Source: Kineococcus radiotolerans SRS30216 = ATCC BAA-149
GTDB lineage: Bacteria > Actinomycetota > Actinomycetes > Actinomycetales > Kineococcaceae
Assembly: GCF_000017305.1 (NCBI RefSeq)
Contig: NC_009664.2
Span: forward strand, 1,260,001-1,292,000
Length of the DNA stretch: 32,000 nt
Direction: 5' to 3'
In this document: piece by piece, positions 22,548 to 29,692 of the stretch
How positions within the stretch are numbered: the stretch's first letter is position 1
Layout of the letters: the number at the start of each line of letters is the position of its first letter
The notes under the pieces: model-generated
Seen by the model: only the letters and a program-made list of their open reading frames with translations
Told to the model about the DNA's origin: nothing
Database searches by the model: none
Translations under genes and position numbers: made by a program

Positions 22548-22566
22548 CCCCGCTGTCCCGCACGTC

Positions 22567-23130
22567 GTGATCGACGAGGAGGCGGTGGCCCGCGTCGCCG
22601 CCTCCCTGTCGATCAGCACGAACCGAGCCCGCCGGCTGGCGCACACCGCGCTGCCGGCGGGTTTCGCGCGTTCGGTGGCCGCCGCACCGCGGGCCCTGCT
22701 CGTCGAGGGACCCACCGACGTCGCGGTGTTCTCGGCCCTGCTGGACCCCCCGGTGGTGGCCGCCGGGGGGAAGCACGTCCTGCCGCTGGCGGTGGCCGTC
22801 GCCCGCGCCCTGGGCTGCGTGCCCGGGGTCGTCCTCGACGCCGACACCCACCACCACCGCGCCCACCGCGGCAGCGAGCGCCTCCTGGACCAGCTGCGGG
22901 GGACGGTCGTGCACGTGCTGCCGGTGGACCTGGAGACCGCGCTGGGCGGGTGGCCCTCGTTCCTGCGGGCCCTGTCCCGCACCGGGTCCGGCCTGGGCGC
23001 CAAGGACCCCCGCGCCTACGCCGCGGCCGCCCGGGCGGCCCGGCGCGAGGACCTCCCGCCCGACCTCGCCGTGCTGCTCAGCGTGTTCGCCTCCTCACCG
23101 GCGGTCTCTCCGCCAGAATCCCCGGTGTGA
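22567..23130 (+). CDS. Small cytoplasmic protein with a TOPRIM-like (OLD-nuclease-type) motif arrangement; function unknown
   Basis: 187-aa ORF with near-saturated GC3. The ordered motifs are ALLVEGPTDVAVF (conserved Glu), VVLDADTH (DxD) and VLPVDLETAL, as in the TOPRIM domain of OLD-family nucleases. No ATPase domain is present. The start is uncertain: the GTG at 22567 lacks an SD sequence, and an in-frame GTG at 22585 follows AGGAGG by only 2 nt. Confidence 0.5.
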   Translation: MIDEEAVARVAASLSISTNRARRLAHTALPAGFARSVAAAPRALLVEGPTDVAVFSALLDPPVVAAGGKHVLPLAVAVARALGCVPGVVLDADTHHHRAHRGSERLLDQLRGTVVHVLPVDLETALGGWPSFLRALSRTGSGLGAKDPRAYAAAARAARREDLPPDLAVLLSVFASSPAVSPPESPV

Positions 23131-23585
23131 TCCAGCGCGAGGGGACGGACCTGTCGGCACCGCAGGTGGGGTGGCGGGCGGGGGTCCTGGGACTGGGGGT
23201 ACTGGTGCTGCTCGCGGGCCAGGTCGCCGACACCAACGACTGGTTCCCGCTGGGATCGCTGTCGCAGTACGCCACCCCGCGCGCCGCCGACGGCAGCGTC
23301 GTCAGCACCTCGCTGGAGGGGACCACCCTCGACGGCCGGGTGGTGCCGGTGCCGCTGAGCCCGGCCTCGATCGGGATGTCGCGCGCGGAGGTCGAGGCGC
23401 AGGGCCAGCGCATCATCGCCGACCCCGGCCTGCTGGGGGTCCTGGCCCGCTCGCGCGCCCGGCTGCACCCCGACGCCCCCGCCCTCAGCGAGCTGCGGCT
23501 GGTGCGCAGCGAGCAGCGGCTGCGAGACGCCCGCCTCGTCGGGCCCACCGAGGTGCGGGTCCTGGCGACGTGGAGCGCGCGGTGA
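23127..23585 (+). CDS. Single-pass membrane-anchored hypothetical protein (N-terminal TM helix, roughly 115-aa extracytoplasmic domain)
   Basis: The GTG at 23127 overlaps the upstream TGA (GTGA). The TM segment is WRAGVLGLGVLVLLAGQV. GC3 is high. The track ORF 22950..23585 is trimmed because its 5' part overlaps the previous gene. Confidence 0.55.
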   Translation: MIQREGTDLSAPQVGWRAGVLGLGVLVLLAGQVADTNDWFPLGSLSQYATPRAADGSVVSTSLEGTTLDGRVVPVPLSPASIGMSRAEVEAQGQRIIADPGLLGVLARSRARLHPDAPALSELRLVRSEQRLRDARLVGPTEVRVLATWSAR

Positions 23586-24466
23586 CCGCGCCCTCCGCCG
23601 GTGCCGTCGCCGCGTTCCTCGTCCCGGCGCTGCCGCGGGCCCGGGTCGCGTGGCTGCGGCTGCTGCTGGCGGTGTTCGCCGTGCTGGACGCGACGCTCCT
23701 CACGAACCACGTCCTCCCCCACGTCCACGTGCCGGAGTTCTGGCGCCCCACCCTGCTGGGCCGGCTGCTGCACCTGCCGGCCCCGACCGCGCTCACGGCG
23801 GGCCTGGCCCTGGCGGCGATGGTCCTGGGCGTGCTGCTGGTGCTGGTGCCGCGGACCCGGTACCTGGCCGGCTGGCTGAGCTCGCTGGGGTACCTGGCGT
23901 GGGTGCTGTGGTCGATGGGGTTCGGCTACGTCGCCCACGACCACATGGCGATCGTGGTGGCGGCGGTGGTGCTGCTGACCGCCGGGCGGGCCGACTTCGA
24001 CGACCTGCGGCCCTCCCGGCGCGCCGGGTGGGCGCTGCGCTGCGTGCAGGTCGCGACGGTCATGACGTACTGCGGGTCCGCGGTCAGCAAGTGGGTGCGC
24101 AGCGGCACCCCGTGGGCGTGGGCCAACGGGGCGGTGACGGTGTGGGCGGTGACCCGGCGCGGCTCGGCGCTGGGCGACTGGGTGGGCCGCTTCCCGCAGT
24201 TCCTCGTCGTCGTCCAGTGGGTCGTGCTCGTCTTCGAGTTCTGCGCGCCCGTCGCGCTGTGGCTGCGGGGGCGGTGGCTGGCGCTCGCGGTGGGGGCGGT
24301 GCTGCTGTTCCACCTCTCGACCTACCTCACCCTGGGCATCCACTTCCTGCCCACCGTCGTGTGCTGGGCGGCGTTCCTGCCGCTGGAACGGCTGCCGCGC
24401 CCGCGCGGGGTCCTCACCCCCGCAGCCGCTCGGCGAGACCCGTCGCGCGCGCCAGCGGCCGGCTGA
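23582..24466 (+). CDS. Polytopic membrane protein, HTTM-like (vitamin-K-carboxylase-related / SdpB-like) fold suspected
   Basis: The GTG at 23582 overlaps the upstream TGA (GTGA), in the frame of track ORF 23171..24466. The protein is 294 aa with at least 6 hydrophobic helices. The N-terminal segment ARVAWLRLLLAVFAVLDATLL, later RTRYLAGWLSSLGYLAW, and HDHMAIVVAAVVLL resemble HTTM-family topology. The assignment comes from pattern memory only. Confidence 0.5.
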   Translation: MTAPSAGAVAAFLVPALPRARVAWLRLLLAVFAVLDATLLTNHVLPHVHVPEFWRPTLLGRLLHLPAPTALTAGLALAAMVLGVLLVLVPRTRYLAGWLSSLGYLAWVLWSMGFGYVAHDHMAIVVAAVVLLTAGRADFDDLRPSRRAGWALRCVQVATVMTYCGSAVSKWVRSGTPWAWANGAVTVWAVTRRGSALGDWVGRFPQFLVVVQWVVLVFEFCAPVALWLRGRWLALAVGAVLLFHLSTYLTLGIHFLPTVVCWAAFLPLERLPRPRGVLTPAAARRDPSRAPAAG

Positions 24467-26318
24467 CCGCGGCGGCCACCGCCTCGGGCGAGCCCACGAC
24501 CCGCACCCGCACCTTGGCCCGGGTCAGCGCCGTGTAGAACATCTCCCGCGTCGCCAGCGGGGAGCGCTCCGGGGCCGCGAGCACGGTGACGACGTCGAAC
24601 TGGGAGCCCTGGCTGCGGTGGACGGTCATGGCGTGCACGGGCTCGACCGCGGCGAGGCGGGCCAGCGGGACCAGCAGCGGCCCCGCGCCGCGCGCGATCG
24701 CCGCGACCAGGGTGCCGTCGCGGTCCAGCACGACCCCGGTGTCGCCGTTGAAGACCCCGACGCCGGGGTCGTTGGCGGTGACGATGACGGGCAGGCCGAC
24801 GTAGCGGCCGTCGGTGCGCGGCTGCACCCCGAGGTCCTCCACGGCCCACCGCTGGGCCAGCGCGCTCCAGTGCGAGACCCCGCGGGTCCCGCGCCGGTGC
24901 GCGCACAGCGTCCGGTGGGCGTCGAGGGCGGTGAGGGCGGCGGCGGCGTCCCCGGCGCGGGCGGCCTCGACGACGGCGGCCGAGCGGCGCAGCACCTCGG
25001 CGCGCACGGCCTCCAGCGCGGCGCCCGCGACGAGCTCCTCGTCGGGGACCTCGAGGAACTCCACGTCCGGTCCGCCGGCCCGCAGCAGGTCCACGACCTC
25101 CTCCGCCGCCCCCCGCCGCACGGCCGCGGCGATCGCGGCGATCCCCCCGCGGTCGGCGAAGCGGTGGGTCCGCCGCAGCAGCGCCACCCCGTGCGGGACC
25201 GCGGGCGCGGCACCGGGGGCCGCGCGCTCGGCCGGGGCGACGAGGTCGGCCAGGACGGCGCCGACCTCGACCGAGGCCAGCTGCTGCGGGTCGCCCACCA
25301 GCACCAGCCGCGCCCCGGGCCGCAGCGCCGCCAGCAGCCGCGCCATCACCCCCAGCCCGACCATCGAGGCCTCGTCGACGATGACGACGTCGTGCGGCAG
25401 CCGGTGCTCGGCGTCGTAGCGGGCCCGCACGGACCCCGGCCGGATCCCCAGCAGCCGGTGCAGGGTGGAGGCGGTGGTGGAGCGCAGGAAGCGCCGCTCG
25501 TCGTCGGTGAACCCGTCGGTGCCCGCGGCGGACACGACGGCCTCGGTGAGGCGGGCCGCGGCCTTGCCCGTGGGGGCCGCCAGCGCCACCCGCGGCGGGC
25601 CGGGCGAGAGGGCGTGGACGGCGGCGAGCAGCCGGGCCACCGTCGTGGTCTTGCCCGTGCCCGGCCCGCCGCCGAGGACGGAGACCCCGTGGGCCAGGCA
25701 CACCGCGGCCGCGGTGCGCTGGTCGTCGGCGAGGCCCCCGGGCCAGAGCCGGTCCAGCACCGCGTCGACCGCGGCGGGGTCGTACCCGGCGACGGCGGCG
25801 CTGCGGGCGCGCAGGTCCTCGGCGACGGCGAGCTCCTGGCGCCAGTACCGGTCCAGCCACAGCCCGTCGCCGACCAGGTGCAGCGGCGCGGCGGGGCCGG
25901 TGGTCTCCCCGGGCGCGTGCTCGACCAGCAGCGGGCTGCGCCGCAGCGCCGCCAGCCACTCCTCGGGGTCGGGCCAGCGCACGGCCACCGTCCCCACCGC
26001 CCCGGAGTCCTCGACGTCCTCGGGCACGACGGTCTCGGGCACCTGCCGCAGGTGCAGGACGACCGAGCCGTGGCGCACGGCCCGCACCGCGAGGGCCACG
26101 GCGAGCAGGACGCGCTCGTCGTCCTCGCCGGTGACCGCGCCGAGGCGGCGGGCGACGTGGACGTCGGCGGCGTGCAGCAGGCCGAGGTCGTTGAACTCCC
26201 GCAGCAGACCGCTCGCCCCGCGGGCCCGGTGCGCAGAGCGGTCCGCGGGGTCGGCCCCCGGGACCGCGGCGGTGGCCGCGGCCGCCGGGGCGCCGGTCGA
26301 GGTGGTGGGGGTGGTCAC
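24414..26318 (-). CDS. recD: Exodeoxyribonuclease V alpha subunit (RecD helicase)
   Basis: Trimmed to the GTG at 26318, which overlaps the recB TGA (GTGA). Motifs: Walker A VLGGGPGTGKTTTVARLL, DEASMV (motif II), and the C-terminal TVHRSQGSQFD typical of RecD. Confidence 0.9.
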   Translation of the reverse strand: MTTPTTSTGAPAAAATAAVPGADPADRSAHRARGASGLLREFNDLGLLHAADVHVARRLGAVTGEDDERVLLAVALAVRAVRHGSVVLHLRQVPETVVPEDVEDSGAVGTVAVRWPDPEEWLAALRRSPLLVEHAPGETTGPAAPLHLVGDGLWLDRYWRQELAVAEDLRARSAAVAGYDPAAVDAVLDRLWPGGLADDQRTAAAVCLAHGVSVLGGGPGTGKTTTVARLLAAVHALSPGPPRVALAAPTGKAAARLTEAVVSAAGTDGFTDDERRFLRSTTASTLHRLLGIRPGSVRARYDAEHRLPHDVVIVDEASMVGLGVMARLLAALRPGARLVLVGDPQQLASVEVGAVLADLVAPAERAAPGAAPAVPHGVALLRRTHRFADRGGIAAIAAAVRRGAAEEVVDLLRAGGPDVEFLEVPDEELVAGAALEAVRAEVLRRSAAVVEAARAGDAAAALTALDAHRTLCAHRRGTRGVSHWSALAQRWAVEDLGVQPRTDGRYVGLPVIVTANDPGVGVFNGDTGVVLDRDGTLVAAIARGAGPLLVPLARLAAVEPVHAMTVHRSQGSQFDVVTVLAAPERSPLATREMFYTALTRAKVRVRVVGSPEAVAAAVSRPLARATGLAERLRG

Positions 26319-29300
26319 GGGGTCCTCCCGGCGAGCAGTTCGGACAGGTCCACGACGAGCCCGGCGGGCGGTCGCCACGACCACACCCCCGGCGGCACCC
26401 CGTCCTCGCCGGCGGGCACCTCCGGCCCGCACATCCCGCGCAGGAACAGGTACAGCACCCCGCCCAGGTGCACGGCCGGGTCGTAGCCGGGCTGGCGCCA
26501 GCGCAGGAACCGGTGCAGCGCGACGCAGTACAGCAGGGCCTGCAGCGGGTAGTGCGCGGCGAGCACCGCCTCGTCGAGGGCCTCGCGCCGGTAGTGCCAG
26601 GCCGTGAGGATCTCCCCCGGCGCCCCGAGGCGGTTGGTCTTGTAGTCCACGACGAGGAACCCGCCCTCGCGCCGGCGCAGGACGGCGTCGATGGAGCCGG
26701 TGAGGTACCCCCGCAGCCCCTCCTCCCCCAGGACCGGGTCCTCCAGGGCGTCGGCGTAGCGGTGCACCGGGTCCCCCGGGGGCAGGTGCCGGCGCAGCAG
26801 GCCCGCGACGTCACCCACCCGCGGCCCCGCCGGTCCCGCCGCGTCGCCCCCGGCCAGCGGCATCTCGAAGTCCAGCTCGGCGAGGCGGTCCGCGACGGGG
26901 AACCCCTCCAGCGCGGCCCCGCCGGCCAGCGGCCCGAGCCCGGTGCGCAGCACGGGCCCCAGGGCCAGGGCGAGGTCCTCGGCCGGCTGCGGGTCGAACT
27001 GCTCGCGCGCCAGCGCCGCCAGGTGGGCGGTCCGGTCGGGGACGGCGGGGTCGAAGCCCTCCAGCACGGCGTGCACGAGGGTCCCGAACCCCGTCCCGGC
27101 GGGCAGGTCGGCCATCGGCGAGACCGTCGCGCGCCACCCCCGCGGGTCGTCGTCGGCGGCGGTGGCCCCGGCCGCGTCGAGGTCGACCTCGTCGTCGGTG
27201 ACGTCGACCTCCGGTCCGGCCAGCACCGCGTGCCCGGCGCCGGGGCCGTCGTGCACCCCGCGGGTCAAGCCGCTGTAGGAGGTGCGCCGCCAGCCGAGGT
27301 CCACCGCGCCCCGGAACCGGGCGACGGCCAGGTGCGCGGCGGGCGCCGCGACCGCGGGCAGCCGGTCCTCGGGGGTGCGCAGCGGGACGGTCTCCACCGC
27401 CACCGGCCCCCCCGCCGGGAACCGCGACGCCAGGCGCGAGCTCAGGACCTCGTCGCCGGGCACCGGCAGCGACTCCGGCACCGCCAGCGGGTCCTCGGCC
27501 AGCAGGAGGCGGTGCAGCGCCCCCTCCTCCGTGTTCTGGCTCGGCGCCCACCACACCAGCAGCCGGGACACCGCGCGGGTGACGGCGACGTAGAGCAGGC
27601 GCAGCTCCTCCCCGAGGTCCTCGGTGTCGGCGGCGCGGCAGGCGGCGGCGTAGCCGGGGGCGCCCGGCCCCCCGACGTGCAGCGCGCGCGGCCCGTCCGG
27701 GGCGTGCGCGACGGGAAGGCGGTCCTTGGACCCGCCCCCGCCGGGGGCGTCCCAGCCGAACGGGACGCACACCACCTCGAACTCCAGGCCCTTGCTGGTG
27801 TGCACGGTGGCGATCTGGACGGCGGCGCGGTCGGTGTCCAGGCGCCGGGAGCGTTCCCGGTCGGCGTCCCCGGCGGCCTCCTCGACCCGGGCGCGCAGCC
27901 ACGACAGCAGGCTCGACACCCCGCCGCCGGGGTTGAGCGCGGACTCCCGGTGCAGCACCTCGGCGATGTGGCGCAGGTCGGTGAGGCGGCGCTCACCGCC
28001 CTCGACCCCGAGCAGCCGTCCCGGCAGCCGGTGGGCCTCGCCGACGACGGCGAACGCCCCCGCCACCCCGCGCTCGGTCAGCACCGCGCCCCACTCGCGC
28101 AGCTGCACCGAGAGCTCGTCGGTGGCCCGGTCGCCCGCCGCGTCGAGCTCGGCGGCGCTGCGCCCCACGAAGCTGGACAGCGCGACCCGGCGCACCCGCG
28201 GGGCCCGGTGCGGCTGCTCCACCGCCTCCAGCAGGGAGATCCACTCCTGGGCGGCGGGGGTGGCGAAGACGCTGGGGCCGCGCGAGAGCACGCAGGGCAC
28301 CCCGCGCCGGCGCAGCTCCTCCTGCACCAGCGCCGCCTGGGCGCCGGTGCGGACCAGGACGGCCACGTCCCCGGCCTCCAGGTCGCGCTCGCCGCCGTCG
28401 CGGGGCCGGACCCGCAGCCCTTCCCGCAGCACCGCGACGACCTGGGCGGCGGTGTCGCGGGCCACCACGGCCCGCGCCTCGCCGACCGGCGGCAGCCCCC
28501 TGCCCGTGGTGGGCAGCCCGTCGCGCTCCAGCACCCGCACCCGCACCGGGGCCGGGTCCGGCGCGCCGGAGCCGTCGACGAGGGCCGCCGCGGCGTGGGC
28601 CGCGTCGACGGGGCGCACCACGATCCGCTGCTCCCCCAGGGCCGCGCCGCGCAGCAGCGCGGCCGTCCCCGCCAGCACCAGGGGGTCGCTGCGGTGGTTG
28701 GTGCTCAGCGTGGCCGTCGTGCCCGCGACCCCGGCGGCGTCGAGGTAGCTGCGGACGTCGGCCCCGCGGAAGGCGTAGATCGCCTGCTTGGGGTCGCCGA
28801 TGAGCACCAGCGGCCCCTGCCCGTGGAACGCGGTCCGCAGGACGTCCCACTGCACCGCGTCGGTGTCCTGGAACTCGTCCACCAGGACCACGGAGTACCT
28901 GCGGCGCAGCCGTTCGCAGGCCACCGGGCCGGCGACGGGGTCGGTCAGGGCGTCGCGCAACCGGGTCAGGAGGTCGTCGAAGCCGAGGACGCGGCGGGAG
29001 CGCTTGCGGGCCTCGACCTCGCGCCGCACCCCCAGCGCGAAGCGCACCCGGAGGTTCTCCGGGGACCCCGGCAGCGTGTCGGGGGGCTCGATGCGCGCGT
29101 CGGCCCGGTCGACGGCCGCGCGGGCGATGCGCAGGGCGGTGGGGCGGTCGAAGGGCGGGACCCCCGCCCCCGGACGCACCGCGAACCGCAGGTAGAGGTC
29201 GTCGCAGACCTCCTCGACGAGGTCGTCGACGTCCTCGACCAGCGTCGCCGACGGGTCGACGTCGGCGGCGGTGCCGAGGCTGGTGAGCACCTGCCGGCAG

Positions 29301-29692
29301 AACTCGTGGATGGTGGCGACGGTGGCGGTGTCGAAACCGGCCAGCGCCTCCGAGAGCCGGGCCCGGTGCTCGGCGGCGCGGGCGTCGTCGGCGGCCAGGT
29401 GGGCGAGGACCGCGTCGCGCGAGCGGCGGGCCGACGCGGGGTCGGCCAGGGCGTCGCGGGTGGCGACCAGCCGCTCGCGGACCCGGTCGCGCAGCTCCGC
29501 GGTCGCCGCGCGCCCGAAGGTGACGACGAGGAGCTGGTCGACGGTCGCGACGCCCTCGGCGACGTAGCGGGTCACGAGCCCCGCGATCGTGTACGTCTTG
29601 CCCGTCCCCGCGCTGGCCTCCAGGACCGTCGTGGCGACCGGCAGGGGGCCGGCGAGGTCGAAGACCGCCGGGGCCGGGGTCGCGGCGCTCAC
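26315..29692 (-). CDS. recB: Exodeoxyribonuclease V beta subunit (RecB helicase-nuclease)
   Basis: In the frame of track ORF 26315..31933, but the real start is the GTG at 29692, which overlaps the recC TGA. The N-terminus is VSAATPAPAVFDLAGPLPVATTVLEASAGTGKTYTIAGL (UvrD-type motif I). Other motifs are VLVDEFQDTD, IATVHTSKGLEFEVV, and the C-terminal PD-(D/E)xK nuclease GSIDAVLRR...FLVVDYKTN. Confidence 0.9.
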   Translation of the reverse strand: MSAATPAPAVFDLAGPLPVATTVLEASAGTGKTYTIAGLVTRYVAEGVATVDQLLVVTFGRAATAELRDRVRERLVATRDALADPASARRSRDAVLAHLAADDARAAEHRARLSEALAGFDTATVATIHEFCRQVLTSLGTAADVDPSATLVEDVDDLVEEVCDDLYLRFAVRPGAGVPPFDRPTALRIARAAVDRADARIEPPDTLPGSPENLRVRFALGVRREVEARKRSRRVLGFDDLLTRLRDALTDPVAGPVACERLRRRYSVVLVDEFQDTDAVQWDVLRTAFHGQGPLVLIGDPKQAIYAFRGADVRSYLDAAGVAGTTATLSTNHRSDPLVLAGTAALLRGAALGEQRIVVRPVDAAHAAAALVDGSGAPDPAPVRVRVLERDGLPTTGRGLPPVGEARAVVARDTAAQVVAVLREGLRVRPRDGGERDLEAGDVAVLVRTGAQAALVQEELRRRGVPCVLSRGPSVFATPAAQEWISLLEAVEQPHRAPRVRRVALSSFVGRSAAELDAAGDRATDELSVQLREWGAVLTERGVAGAFAVVGEAHRLPGRLLGVEGGERRLTDLRHIAEVLHRESALNPGGGVSSLLSWLRARVEEAAGDADRERSRRLDTDRAAVQIATVHTSKGLEFEVVCVPFGWDAPGGGGSKDRLPVAHAPDGPRALHVGGPGAPGYAAACRAADTEDLGEELRLLYVAVTRAVSRLLVWWAPSQNTEEGALHRLLLAEDPLAVPESLPVPGDEVLSSRLASRFPAGGPVAVETVPLRTPEDRLPAVAAPAAHLAVARFRGAVDLGWRRTSYSGLTRGVHDGPGAGHAVLAGPEVDVTDDEVDLDAAGATAADDDPRGWRATVSPMADLPAGTGFGTLVHAVLEGFDPAVPDRTAHLAALAREQFDPQPAEDLALALGPVLRTGLGPLAGGAALEGFPVADRLAELDFEMPLAGGDAAGPAGPRVGDVAGLLRRHLPPGDPVHRYADALEDPVLGEEGLRGYLTGSIDAVLRRREGGFLVVDYKTNRLGAPGEILTAWHYRREALDEAVLAAHYPLQALLYCVALHRFLRWRQPGYDPAVHLGGVLYLFLRGMCGPEVPAGEDGVPPGVWSWRPPAGLVVDLSELLAGRTP

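Noticed and set aside
20901-24537. ORFs 20901..23003 (700 aa, -), 21488..21679, 21704..22234, 22250..22510, 22486..22914, 23016..23468, 23078..24343 (421 aa, -), 23485..23796, 23601..23879, 23650..24537 and 23926..24126
   Set aside because: These are low-complexity, Arg/Gly-rich ORFs antisense or out of frame to ndh and the three coupled + strand genes, whose frames have the G/C-saturated third positions.
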